A stretch of 64,000 nt of DNA from Candidatus Woesearchaeota archaeon (GTDB lineage Archaea; Nanobdellota; Nanobdellia; Woesearchaeales; UBA119): assembly GCA_030156615.1 (NCBI GenBank), contig JASGME010000003.1, positions 7,574-71,573 on the forward strand, read 5' to 3'. Positions 47,019 to 56,810 of the stretch are shown here, one piece after another (positions within the stretch are counted from its first letter, which is position 1; each line of letters begins with the position of its first letter). Under the pieces are notes generated by a model. It saw nothing but the letters and a program-made list of their open reading frames with translations. It was not told the origin of the DNA and did no database searches. Made by a program: the position numbers and the translations under genes.

Positions 47019-47275
47019 CCCCTCTTAACCACTATGTAGTGTTAACAAATTCCTATTTAAATTTTTCTTTTTTCTCTTTCTGAGTTTAAAAAACTTTCTT
47101 TTTGTTTGGCTTTGCCTCATACGCGTTTCAAAGAAATGTAATTTAATAAATTATTTGTCAGACTTTTATTTTGGCTTGTTAATATTTTAAAACTGCAGGC
47201 AAATTGATTAAAATTTTCTTGCCTAGGAAATTTCATATATGAAAACCGCAATCTTACCGAGCCGTTCTAAAATAT

Positions 47276-48178
47276 TTAAGAATAAGATTCAAAGAGGTCA
47301 AAACATACACCAATATTTTCTTGATACCATGTATCAGCTTCATTTATAGCTTCAGTAATACTAGCATCTTCATCAGAACCCATTGATATTGCTTCCGAAT
47401 ATTCTTGTGAATATTCAATATATTTTATTTCTGCTTCTTCCCAATCTTCATCAATTAAAAGGTTAATGTATTCTTTATATGTATTATAAGAGTTTGATAA
47501 TGCATCATAAGACTGAATTGTTTCAGTTGAAAAAGTTTGGATTCCTGAATCTTTTCTTTTTTGAGCATTATCTTTCATTTGACTGATGGTGTTTTGAATT
47601 TCGGTTACCTTTGAAAGAGCATCTTGATATTTCTCTGATTGAACATATTCATTCATCAAAATTGATTGTGTTTCAAATTTTTCTAATATCTTAGCATTAT
47701 CATTAACAAGTTTTATCCAATCCCTATATTCTTCCATTTTAGATAAACAAGAGTTCACTTTTTCTTTGTTTAAATTATATTCACTAATTTTATTATCAAT
47801 TTTGTTTACAATAAGCTTATCTTCCTCAGATAACATATTAATGTTAATAGATGATTTAGCAGTTTGGTATTCTTTGGCTATTTCTTCAAAATTTAACATA
47901 TCTTCTTTAATATTATTCTCTTCTTTTTTCATTCCTGTAACCATAGAATCAGTTATTGTTAATAAATTCATTAATCTATTAACACTATAATCTAAATCAT
48001 AATTATAGAAATCTGTGTGGATATTTCCTAAAATGATTTCTAAATTTTCATCATATTGTGGCAAATCTTGTGAGAATTGCTTTATTTCAGGAGATTGGAC
48101 ACAACCACTAAGAAAGAATAAACTTACTATTGAAAGTAAAATGAAGGTTCTTGAATATGTTTTATGTTTTGACTTCAT
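47276..48178 (-). CDS. Putative lipoprotein, helical/coiled-coil, AT-rich
   Basis: Hydrophobic signal ending FFLSGC (lipobox), helical body. Confidence 0.75.
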   Translation of the reverse strand: MKSKHKTYSRTFILLSIVSLFFLSGCVQSPEIKQFSQDLPQYDENLEIILGNIHTDFYNYDLDYSVNRLMNLLTITDSMVTGMKKEENNIKEDMLNFEEIAKEYQTAKSSININMLSEEDKLIVNKIDNKISEYNLNKEKVNSCLSKMEEYRDWIKLVNDNAKILEKFETQSILMNEYVQSEKYQDALSKVTEIQNTISQMKDNAQKRKDSGIQTFSTETIQSYDALSNSYNTYKEYINLLIDEDWEEAEIKYIEYSQEYSEAISMGSDEDASITEAINEADTWYQENIGVCFDLFESYS

Positions 48179-48367
48179 TTTCCTTATCTGAGCTATTAGC
48201 ATATATAAAGTTTTCTTTTTAAGGCTGGCGTAGGCAGATTGTAATTAAAATTTATATAAAAATATAACAAATTTACTGATATTCTTGTATAAAACCTATT
48301 AAATTTTATAATAAAAGCAATATGTTTTTTTCAACAGGGCAATCTTTTTAAGTCACTAAATTTCCGC

Positions 48368-48919
48368 ATGATTATGGAAAGATGTGCAAAATGTAAAAAA
48401 TCAAAGAATATTATTCATTTAGGTTATACACCTTATACAGTATGCCAGAACTGTTTTTCAGATATGATTGAAAGAAGGATAAAAGCCAATATTCGCTTCT
48501 TTGGACCTTTGAAAAAAGGAGAAAAAGGCTTTCTAATTGAAAATGATTTTAGGCCAGTTGCAGATTTCATAATAAAGAAAACATTTCATAAAGAATTCTT
48601 TAGCTTGACAAACAACAGAGATGAAGCAGATGTACTGATTGATTGCAGAAGTATGGAAGAAATAGTAGCAGATTTTCTTGATAAAGTCCTTAAAAACGAA
48701 TCTATTGTATCATCAAATATTTTTATCTTCTGCGATATCCCTTTTGATGAACTAATTCAATATTCAAGAATTAATGGAATAAAATTAGAAAATCCAAAAA
48801 AGAAAGAACTCAATGAAATATTAAATTCAATTCAAATACAGTTCTCAGTGATTGCTTCATTCAAGAATCTGATAAAGAGCATTAATTCTCCTTCTTCATC
48901 TCATTCCAGCCCTTCTTGA
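48368..48919 (+). CDS. Degenerate TtuA/NcsA (tRNA thiolase)-like protein lacking the PP-loop
   Basis: CAKC...CQNC Zn finger, ERRIKANIR...KKGEK; no SGGxDS. Confidence 0.55.
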   Translation: MIMERCAKCKKSKNIIHLGYTPYTVCQNCFSDMIERRIKANIRFFGPLKKGEKGFLIENDFRPVADFIIKKTFHKEFFSLTNNRDEADVLIDCRSMEEIVADFLDKVLKNESIVSSNIFIFCDIPFDELIQYSRINGIKLENPKKKELNEILNSIQIQFSVIASFKNLIKSINSPSSSHSSPS

Positions 48920-49427
48920 AAGAGTTAAATCTTTCAATAATCTCTTTATATTCCTCAAATTCCTTTGAGCTTTTAATCTTATCTATATAACGCTTTGGCA
49001 GAGATGTAATAATTGTATTAGTTATGCTGAAAACCTCTTTCAGGTCATCAGATAGCTTATCTATTATTTCTATATATTCTGATTCATCTTCTTCAACCTC
49101 TTCATCCTCCTCCTGCTTAACAAACCATCTGCTGAAGAAGCCCCTTTTCTTATTATCTTCTTCTTCGAATTCCTCTTCAAACTCCTCTTCTTCTGGCTCT
49201 TCATCTTCTTCATTTTTACTCTTTTTAGAGAAAATAGAACCAAACCTGCTAAAAAATCCCCTGCCCTTTTCTTCAATAATCTCTACCTCTTCGGGCTGGG
49301 CAGTCTTCTCTTCTTTCTTTTCCTTCTTAACCTTAGGTTTCTCTACTACTTCATTCTCCTCTTTTCTCTTCCTTTCAAGGTACTTCTCCATTTCCTTATT
49401 GAATTCCCCTTGGTCTTTATTGAACAA
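48882..49427 (-). CDS. Highly charged low-complexity protein with two GFFSR amphipathic motifs and a small C-terminal helical domain
   Basis: KGRGFFSRFGSIF and KKRGFFSRWF separated by poly-Glu. Confidence 0.7.
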   Translation of the reverse strand: MFNKDQGEFNKEMEKYLERKRKEENEVVEKPKVKKEKKEEKTAQPEEVEIIEEKGRGFFSRFGSIFSKKSKNEEDEEPEEEEFEEEFEEEDNKKRGFFSRWFVKQEEDEEVEEDESEYIEIIDKLSDDLKEVFSITNTIITSLPKRYIDKIKSSKEFEEYKEIIERFNSFKKGWNEMKKEN

Positions 49428-49450
49428 GATTCATCACCTTCATCATTTAA

Positions 49451-49472
49451 TAATGATTAAATTTAATCATTA
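49451..49472. promoter_or_regulatory. Perfect 22-bp palindrome, operator-like
   Basis: TAATGATTAAATTTAATCATTA between the minus-strand TATA-like box and the ATG at 49427. Confidence 0.55.
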
Positions 49473-49531
49473 ATATTTATATTTATCTCTATTTTGGGCT
49501 GAGAAAGATTGAAAAGCAGAAAATTTAAATA

Positions 49532-49558
49532 CCATAGCAATCTATATGATTTCTATGG
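49532..49558. promoter_or_regulatory. Imperfect palindrome over the antitoxin start
   Basis: CCATAGCAATC-TATAT-GATTTCTATGG after TTTAAATA. Confidence 0.45.
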
Positions 49559-49776
49559 CAATTACAACTATTCAGATAAGTAAGGAGCTTTTAGAAGAGT
49601 TAAAATCCCGTAAAATGTACGATAAAGAAAGTTATGAAGATGTAATAAGAGACTTATTAGAGGATAGTATGGAATTATCTGAAGAAACTAAAAAAAGAAT
49701 CAAGCTAGCTGAAGAAGATATCAAGGCAGGCAGAATTTATTCTATTGAAGATGTTAAAAAGGAACTAGGAATATAA
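49546..49776 (+). CDS. Type II antitoxin (RHH-like, RelB partner)
   Basis: TTIQISKELLEELK...SYEDVIRDLL; C-terminal GRIYSIEDVKKELG; upstream of RelE. Confidence 0.8.
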   Translation: MISMAITTIQISKELLEELKSRKMYDKESYEDVIRDLLEDSMELSEETKKRIKLAEEDIKAGRIYSIEDVKKELGI

Positions 49777-49777
49777 A

Positions 49778-50026
49778 ATGTTTAATATCTTTTTTACGGC
49801 TGAAGCTAAGAAATTTCTAAAGAAATTAAATAAAGAGGATTCTAAAAGAATTATTTCTACATTAGAAAGATGTAGAATCAGACCTTATGCTCATGTTAGA
49901 AAATTAGTTTCTTCGCCATATTTCAGATTGAGAGCAGGAGATTACAGATTAATTCTTGACATTAAAGCCGATAAACTTTTGATTATTGTTATTGAAATAG
50001 GTCATAGAAAGAATATTTATAAATAA
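49778..50026 (+). CDS. relE: RelE/ParE family toxin
   Basis: AKKFLKKL, RKL, FRLRAGDYRLI, IGHRKNIY. Confidence 0.92.
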   Translation: MFNIFFTAEAKKFLKKLNKEDSKRIISTLERCRIRPYAHVRKLVSSPYFRLRAGDYRLILDIKADKLLIIVIEIGHRKNIYK

Positions 50027-50050
50027 ATAGCTAATTCTAGAATAGCTTAG

Positions 50051-52540
50051 TTAATCTGAGTAAAAGCCAAGAAGGGTTTGCTGGCTCTCTTTGCTCTTTA
50101 AAGCGCTTTCAATGTCAATTCCAACAGTTTTGAATATACTTTCAACAGCAGGAATAATCTGTTTTTCAATATAATAATTCTCATCGTAGCTGTCCTTGGT
50201 GCATTCCTCTGGCAAGATAACCCTCTCGCTGATTCTCTCATTCTTTCCTGTCTTTGACTTAGCAACAATATAGCTTATAATTGATCCTGCTCCTATCTTT
50301 CCGCGCTTCTCAATAGCTCTCTTGGCAGCGGCAACATGAGGGCTAATATTTGCATAGGAATTTATGTTCTTAGTTATCTTGGTTCTTATCTCAAGCTCCT
50401 TGAAATCGACCTCGCCCTTCCTTATCTTTTCTATCTCTTCTTTAAGATAGTCAAGAGCTTCCTCAGGATTTCCTTTTTCAAGCATCCTTCTAAGGACCCC
50501 CATCTGTATCCTTTTGCCTATCTCCGACCAGTTTCTTCTTATAACTTCAAATCCTTTTATGTTGATGTCTCCATCCTCATCTATTAGTGCATATCTTTTC
50601 TTTGCTCCTTTATCAAAAGATTTAGCAAATACAAATATGCCTCGCTTATAGAATCCTTCATATTCAAGCTCCATCTCCTCTGGCAATTCCTTATTGATTT
50701 GTTCAACAAAATCAATGCATTCCTCTTTTGTTTTATCCTTTAAAGTAATGAATATAGAATCTGTATCTGAATATATTACATGAAATCCTTCTTTGTTAGC
50801 CTTGCTTATCACATCCTTTATGTAATATCTGGCAAAGCTCGCGACAGCTCTTGCACATTCATAACAATACCATCTGGCTCTTTCGTATGCAAGATAGCCA
50901 TACATTGAATTAGCGAGTGTTTTTAACCCCTGCTCTCTTGCCTTCAACAAACTCTTTTCATGCTCATCCAAATCTTTCTTTAATCTTGCTTTTACCTCTC
51001 TTCTCTGCTTTAATATGTCTTTAATTGATTTTGATACTAAGCCTGTTGGTTTTTTAATAAAGCCCCCCTGATTCTTGTCAGGAACAGTGTAGCAATCTTC
51101 ACATTCTTTATTAGTGAATGTTTCTGTAGAGATGTTGTGGCTTGCAATTATGCTGGGATAAAGACTTCTGAAATCAAAAACAACTATGTTATCGTATAGG
51201 CCCGGTGTAGGTTGGAATACAAAAGCCCCTTCAAACCTTCTTTTTCTTCTTTCATAAGATTCTTCAGATTCAGGCTTGTTTGGAATAATTGCCTTTTCCT
51301 GACTTGCCCTTTTCATTAAATACCATTCTACGAGCTGTGAAAAGCTCATCCTGCAAACATCTTCAGGAGAAAGGCAGATCAATCTGCTTAACTCGCTTAT
51401 TGAGGGCAAAAATCTCTCTCCAAGCTCATATGTTATCTCAGCGTCATTTAAATTGTAAATAGCAAACTCAATTATCTTCTTCTCATTATTCTCTCTCCAG
51501 GCATTGCTGAGCTCAAGAGGATTTAAATCATTCTTGCCCTTTCCTATGATTTTGTTTGCAACCTCATCTAGACTATAGTTCTCAAGGTTAAGTCCTCTGC
51601 CTCCTGCTATTCTAATATACCTATACAAATCAATATGTGCATATCCTTTAATCTTTACAATAGGCATCCCTTTGGAAGAATCCTTAAATTCAATCTCGTT
51701 ATGTTTTATGCCAAGCAACTCAGTTCTTCTTGCTATATAACTCATATCAAAGGAATCAGAATTGTATCCAAAAATGATTGCCGGTTGCTCAGCATTAATT
51801 ATTTCAAACAATCTTTCAAGCATAGCCTTTTCATTGCCACACCATTCAATCATCTCTGTATCTTTCCCGCTTCCTGCGATTAAAATTTTCTTTAATTTTT
51901 CTCCATAAATTGAAATCATTAAAATGGGATCTTTCTCTGGCTTTATTTCATCCTCATTAGAAACAAAGGTTTCAATATCTATTCCTATTGCATTAGGCAT
52001 CCTTCTTTCAGCAGAATTTAATGCATTAATCTCTTGTATTCTTTTAAGCATTAATCTTTCATTTTTCTCTTCAACAGAAACAGAATAGTCGTTAAAACAG
52101 CTCAATCCCTTATCAAGAAGATAGCGAAAGGCAAAAGGGATATCATATTCATAAATCTCCTTAACGCCTTTTGTCTTTCTTATTATTCCTTTTAGAGCAG
52201 GAACACTTGAAGGTCTATTTACAATCACTTTTATGAATTCCTTGTTTTCAAGTCCAATCCTCCTCTTTACGAATTCACATTTTGTTACATAATGCTCCTT
52301 GTTCTTTTCATCATTTCTTATCTTTTCGAGCTCTTTAACAATCCCCTCAATTCTTTCATTATCTTTAATTTCAACAAGAAGATATGGTTCAAAGTTATCA
52401 TCTTCTATCCTAATCTTTCCCGCATCTGTCCAGAAAAAAAGCTCGATCACTGCTTTTCCTTCACGCAAGAAATAATCCGTATTGAGCAATGTTCCTTCAA
52501 TCTTTTTCCTGCCTTCAAACTCTTCATTTGATTTGCTCAT
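50051..52540 (-). CDS. polB: Family B DNA polymerase with proofreading exonuclease
   Basis: YEYDIPF, DIET, YNSDSFD, YNLND, DFRSLYPSII, KTLANSMYGY, YSDTDS, KKRYA; no intein. Confidence 0.97.
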   Translation of the reverse strand: MSKSNEEFEGRKKIEGTLLNTDYFLREGKAVIELFFWTDAGKIRIEDDNFEPYLLVEIKDNERIEGIVKELEKIRNDEKNKEHYVTKCEFVKRRIGLENKEFIKVIVNRPSSVPALKGIIRKTKGVKEIYEYDIPFAFRYLLDKGLSCFNDYSVSVEEKNERLMLKRIQEINALNSAERRMPNAIGIDIETFVSNEDEIKPEKDPILMISIYGEKLKKILIAGSGKDTEMIEWCGNEKAMLERLFEIINAEQPAIIFGYNSDSFDMSYIARRTELLGIKHNEIEFKDSSKGMPIVKIKGYAHIDLYRYIRIAGGRGLNLENYSLDEVANKIIGKGKNDLNPLELSNAWRENNEKKIIEFAIYNLNDAEITYELGERFLPSISELSRLICLSPEDVCRMSFSQLVEWYLMKRASQEKAIIPNKPESEESYERRKRRFEGAFVFQPTPGLYDNIVVFDFRSLYPSIIASHNISTETFTNKECEDCYTVPDKNQGGFIKKPTGLVSKSIKDILKQRREVKARLKKDLDEHEKSLLKAREQGLKTLANSMYGYLAYERARWYCYECARAVASFARYYIKDVISKANKEGFHVIYSDTDSIFITLKDKTKEECIDFVEQINKELPEEMELEYEGFYKRGIFVFAKSFDKGAKKRYALIDEDGDINIKGFEVIRRNWSEIGKRIQMGVLRRMLEKGNPEEALDYLKEEIEKIRKGEVDFKELEIRTKITKNINSYANISPHVAAAKRAIEKRGKIGAGSIISYIVAKSKTGKNERISERVILPEECTKDSYDENYYIEKQIIPAVESIFKTVGIDIESALKSKESQQTLLGFYSD

Positions 52541-52653
52541 TATTCATAATAAAAGATACCAATTATTTAATAGTTGCGAATATTCATCAGGAAATAAAAA
52601 CCAAAAATATTTATATATGTTTATATATGTTTTTATATAAACTCATATAATCG

Positions 52654-52926
52654 GTGGTTGAAATGCAGGCATTAAGGACTATACATTATCCAAACTTAAA
52701 GACAGTATTAATGGTAGAAGATACTTTGAAAAGGGCTAATCGGCCTATGACAAGAGAAGCTCTTAAGAAGAAATTGCCTACTAAAGTAATGCATCAGACA
52801 TTGAATGTTATATTAAAATATCTGGAAGATAGCGGAAAAATAATAGATGGAAGAAAAGGAATTTTATGGATACACAATCCTAGTCCAAAACTAGACAAAG
52901 CTATAGAAGAAGGAATTGAATTATAA
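52654..52926 (+). CDS. Small wHTH protein, antitoxin-like
   Basis: YPNLKTVLMVE, MHQTLNVILKYLEDSGKI; overlaps downstream toxin-like gene; inverted/direct repeats at 52611-52650. Confidence 0.7.
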   Translation: MVEMQALRTIHYPNLKTVLMVEDTLKRANRPMTREALKKKLPTKVMHQTLNVILKYLEDSGKIIDGRKGILWIHNPSPKLDKAIEEGIEL

Positions 52927-53302
52927 GATGTTTAAAGGAAAACCTACGAGAGTAATTATTACTGGATTAGCTAAAGAGGAGTTTGAGGATTTGAATAAGA
53001 TAGTAGGAGAAGAGATTGCAAAAGGAATTACACATAGCGATCATCAAATTTTGCTCAATTCAATAAAGCAGAAAATAGAGTTATTAAAAAACAATCCAGA
53101 ATATGGAATTCATGTTCCTAAAGACAGAATCCCGAAAGAGTATATTAAAAATTACGATGTAAATAATCTTTGGAAAGTTAATTTAGCAGGAGCTTGGAGG
53201 ATGATTTATACTATAAGAGGTAGTGAAGTTGAGATTATCTCATTGATATTGGATATAATGAATCATAAAGATTATGAAAAGAAATTTAGATATAAAAAAT
53301 AG
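52916..53302 (+). CDS. RelE-fold toxin-like protein
   Basis: LKNNPEYG, NLWKVNLAGAWRMIYTI, HKDYEKKFRY. Confidence 0.7.
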   Translation: MNYKMFKGKPTRVIITGLAKEEFEDLNKIVGEEIAKGITHSDHQILLNSIKQKIELLKNNPEYGIHVPKDRIPKEYIKNYDVNNLWKVNLAGAWRMIYTIRGSEVEIISLILDIMNHKDYEKKFRYKK

Positions 53303-53416
53303 AGTTTTCTCTGGTCTATGAGAGATTTGTTACGGTTATTTCTTTAATAGAAAGAAGACTTTTGAAGGAATTTGAAGAACAAAAGATTAATATTAGCGTT
53401 ATTATCTCTAAGATAC

Positions 53417-54400
53417 ATGAAAACATTATATTCCTTGCCATTCGGACTGTTTGTTTTTGAAGATAATGAACAAATAACTTTTCATCAGATTGATTCTTCT
53501 GAAGCAATAGCCATTTCAAAAGGTGAATTCCTATCAAAAGAGCAGGAATTGATTAAAAAATACAATATTAAGCATATTGTAGCATATAAGAATAAAGCAC
53601 CTGCAGATTTATCTTTAGACTTCTCAGAAGAGAATATGAAAATTGTAGCAAGATTGGCAGATGAAAATTATAAAGAGGCTAGAGAAAAAGCAATCTCAAT
53701 CTTTAAGGCAAATATGAAGGAAAGACAATGCACAGATTTAATAATCTCAAATACAATAAAAGCTATTGATGAAGCAGATTTAAACATCAATCAATTATCA
53801 AAAAGGGCAGAGGAGATAATAAGTCAGTTCCTGCCGGAAACATTTTATCATCCAGCATCAAGCTCCATAAATTATCAAAGAATCTTTTCTGATTTAGCAT
53901 CGCTTTCTTATGAAGAATTAAATGAAAAAGCCAAGCAAGATGAGATAGGCGCTGATATCCCAAAGGATGCATATCCTATTATAAAGGAAATGTTGAATTC
54001 AACACTTAATGCAATATCATACAGAAAAAACCTTCTTAATGCTTTAGATTCTCTCCTAAAAGATTATTGCCCTAATTTAGTTGAGCTATTAGGTCCTTCC
54101 ATTTGTGCAAGGTTAATCTCTGAAGCAGGTTCATTAAAGAGGCTGGCATTCCTGCCATCTTCTACAATCCAGTTATTAGGAGCAGAAAATGCTTTTTTTA
54201 GATATCTTAAGTCAAAGACAAAATGTCCGAAATATGGTCATATATTGCAACATCAGTTCGTTCAGAACCAGCCAAAAAAGAAGAGAGGGAAAGCCGCCCG
54301 CTTCCTTGCAGATAAGATATCAATATGTGCAAGATGCGATTATTTCTCAAAGGAAAGGATTGTTGATGATATTTTAGCTCAGATGATGAGGTTTGATTAA
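53417..54400 (+). CDS. nop5: Nop5 (Nop56/58) box C/D RNP protein
   Basis: CPNLVELLG, ARLISEAGSLKRLA, STIQLLGAE, PKYG, RGKAAR. Confidence 0.9.
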   Translation: MKTLYSLPFGLFVFEDNEQITFHQIDSSEAIAISKGEFLSKEQELIKKYNIKHIVAYKNKAPADLSLDFSEENMKIVARLADENYKEAREKAISIFKANMKERQCTDLIISNTIKAIDEADLNINQLSKRAEEIISQFLPETFYHPASSSINYQRIFSDLASLSYEELNEKAKQDEIGADIPKDAYPIIKEMLNSTLNAISYRKNLLNALDSLLKDYCPNLVELLGPSICARLISEAGSLKRLAFLPSSTIQLLGAENAFFRYLKSKTKCPKYGHILQHQFVQNQPKKKRGKAARFLADKISICARCDYFSKERIVDDILAQMMRFD

Positions 54401-54401
54401 T

Positions 54402-55079
54402 ATGGAACAATTTAAGCATTTCAATGGCGTTTATTCAAAAAGAAGAGGAAATTCTTTTGTTCTTTACACTAAATCACCTTATGGAGGAGAAAGCCATTAT
54501 GGCGAGAAGATAATAAAAGAAGGCAAAAGCTTCTACAGGGAATGGAATCCAGAGAGGTCAAAGCTTTCTGCTGCCCTTCACAAAGGAATATCTCAAATTG
54601 CTATAAAGCAAGCCAAGCGAGTCCTGTATTTAGGAGCTGCCTCTGGAACGACAGTAAGTCATGTTTCTGATATCGTTGGAAAACAAGGCAAGGTTTTTGC
54701 AGTTGAATTCTCTCCTTCAGTTGTAGTTCCTTTATACTTTCTGGCAAAGAAAAGGGATAATATTGTTCCAATACTTGCAGACGCCCGTCATCCAGAATCA
54801 TATGCCTTATTTTCAGGCCAATGTGACATTGTTTATCAGGATATTGCGCAAAAGGATCAGGTTGATATCTTTTTGAAAAATATATACTTTTTTCTTCCTT
54901 CATCCGGATTTGGAATTTTATGCGTAAAAGCAAGAAGCATAGATGTGTCTAAAAATTCAAAAGAGGTTTTTGATGATGTAGAGAAGGAACTATTAAAGAA
55001 AACAGTTATTGTTGATAAAAGAGAGCTGGCTCCTTTTGAAAAGGATCACAAATTATTTATAGTGAAACCAAAAGAATAA
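54402..55079 (+). CDS. flpA: Fibrillarin-like rRNA/tRNA 2'-O-methyltransferase
   Basis: YREWNPERSKLSAA, VLYLGAASGTTVSHVSDIV, AVEFS, DARHP, YQDIAQ. Confidence 0.97.
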   Translation: MEQFKHFNGVYSKRRGNSFVLYTKSPYGGESHYGEKIIKEGKSFYREWNPERSKLSAALHKGISQIAIKQAKRVLYLGAASGTTVSHVSDIVGKQGKVFAVEFSPSVVVPLYFLAKKRDNIVPILADARHPESYALFSGQCDIVYQDIAQKDQVDIFLKNIYFFLPSSGFGILCVKARSIDVSKNSKEVFDDVEKELLKKTVIVDKRELAPFEKDHKLFIVKPKE

Positions 55080-55136
55080 AAGAAAAAACATTCAAATTGT
55101 TTATAAAACTTTCCTTTTGCAAAAAAACAACTTCAA

Positions 55137-55592
55137 ATGAAAACATCGAATATAAAGGACTTTGAATTTCTTAATCTTACTACATCTGATTTAGGCTTTA
55201 AATCATATGGAAAAACCCTTGAAGAATTATTTGTTAATTCAGCAAAAGCCCTATTTTCCGTAATCTGCGACATAAACATGGTGCCTAAAAACAAATCAAT
55301 TGAATTTTCCATTTCAGGAAATCCAGAAGACTTATTATATGATTGGTTATCAAAGCTTTTAATGTTCTCTGATTCAGAAGAAATCTTCTTCTCTGATTTC
55401 TTAGTTTCTCTTAAAAGAAAAAATAAAGAAAAGGATTGGAAGAATGATGAATTTATGTTAAAGGCAAGATGTCTTGGAGATTTTGCAAATCCAGCATATT
55501 CAAGGACTGAGGTAAAAGCAATAACAATGTTCAATTTTCAACTAAAAAGAACAAAATATGGCTTTGAAGCCATTGTTGTTGTTGATGTTTAA
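55137..55592 (+). CDS. Archease
   Basis: TSDLG, GKTLEELFVNSAKAL, LYDWLSKLL, EVKAIT, VVVDV. Confidence 0.92.
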   Translation: MKTSNIKDFEFLNLTTSDLGFKSYGKTLEELFVNSAKALFSVICDINMVPKNKSIEFSISGNPEDLLYDWLSKLLMFSDSEEIFFSDFLVSLKRKNKEKDWKNDEFMLKARCLGDFANPAYSRTEVKAITMFNFQLKRTKYGFEAIVVVDV

Positions 55593-55646
55593 CCTGCCTG
55601 AATTAAATTCGTTAATTTTAAAAATAGTTTAATATCTTTGAAATCC

Positions 55647-56741
55647 ATGAATCATCTTGAAAGCCTCCTGTTTCTGAAAAAACATCGATTGATAGAGCAA
55701 GCCACGAACTATGCTCCAGCAATAAAAAGAATGCTTGGCACCGCATTTGGACTTAATAAAGGCGACATCTTAATGATAATAAGCGACAAAGGCAAGAATA
55801 ATAATTTATGTGCCCCCCTTCTTGCAGCAACCTATTATGTTGCATCAAAAAGGCTGGGATTAAATCCAAATATCTATTTAGACAATTCAGAATTAGCAAA
55901 TTCTCATCCTTCTGAAGAGATTCAAAGAGCTCTTTCTATGCTTCCTGATAAAAGTGTAGTACTGCTTTCTCTTTCAGATAAATTGGGAACTCTTTCAAAT
56001 ATAGGACATTCTTTCAGGAATTTCTGCAAAATAAAACAACATCGCTTTGCAACAACGAGTAGCCTGTCTTTTTTGCCAATGAACAAGTTTCATTATTTAA
56101 TAAAAGCAATGGATGTTGACTATGTTTCATTAAGGGAAAGGCATCTGAAGCTTGCAAAGATTATGAGCTGCAGCAATACCATACGGCTTTTAAGCAAGAA
56201 TGGCACAGATCTCATTGCAGATATAAAGAGTAGCACGGCTATAAGCTCAGACGGGATGTACAATAAGGTTGGTTTAGGCGGGAATATCCCTGCTGGCGAG
56301 GTTTTTATAGCACCAAACAGAGATAATATCTCTGGAAAAGTAGTTATAGATGGAAGCTCAAGGACACTTCACGGAGTTTCTTTAATAAAATCAAAATCAG
56401 ATTGGATAACTATGCGGGTTAAGGATGGGAAGGTTGTAACTATTGAAGGAGGCGAATCCGCTTCACTTTTAAAGCAAAGTCTATTTGAAAAAGCAGAAAA
56501 AACCAAGATGCCAATCTGGGGTATCAACAGGATTGGTGAGATAGGCATAGGATTAAATCCAAATGCAACTATTGTAGGAACAACGATAATAGATGAAAAG
56601 GTATTGGGCACAGCACATGTTGCCTTAGGATCAAACTACTGGTTCATGGGCAGGGTTGTTGCTCCTCTTCATCTGGATCAGGTATTTAGGGATGCTGAGA
56701 TTATTCTTGATGGAAAGAAGATTGATGTAAGAAATCTATAA
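55647..56741 (+). CDS. Leucyl aminopeptidase (M29/thermophilic metalloprotease-like)
   Basis: GNIPAGEVFIAP, GEIGIG, DEKVLGTAHVALG, HLD. Confidence 0.85.
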   Translation: MNHLESLLFLKKHRLIEQATNYAPAIKRMLGTAFGLNKGDILMIISDKGKNNNLCAPLLAATYYVASKRLGLNPNIYLDNSELANSHPSEEIQRALSMLPDKSVVLLSLSDKLGTLSNIGHSFRNFCKIKQHRFATTSSLSFLPMNKFHYLIKAMDVDYVSLRERHLKLAKIMSCSNTIRLLSKNGTDLIADIKSSTAISSDGMYNKVGLGGNIPAGEVFIAPNRDNISGKVVIDGSSRTLHGVSLIKSKSDWITMRVKDGKVVTIEGGESASLLKQSLFEKAEKTKMPIWGINRIGEIGIGLNPNATIVGTTIIDEKVLGTAHVALGSNYWFMGRVVAPLHLDQVFRDAEIILDGKKIDVRNL

Positions 56742-56810
56742 AAATTAAGATTGAAAGCAAAAAGGAAATTGTTTTAAAAAGCCAAAACCGCCCATTTAAT
56801 TAAGGTTCAA

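Noticed and set aside
49024-49473. 149-aa Ser-rich plus-strand ORF
   Set aside because: Antisense shadow of the Glu/Lys-rich gene (GAA repeats read as TTC/TCT)
49448-49475. Xer/dif site (11-6-11 geometry)
   Set aside because: Inner bases are ATT/AAT rather than the TAA/TTA of dif sites; position between TATA and start fits an operator better
53303-55640. Box C/D guide RNAs near nop5-fibrillarin
   Set aside because: Intergenic gaps are too short and lack paired RTGATGA/CTGA boxes
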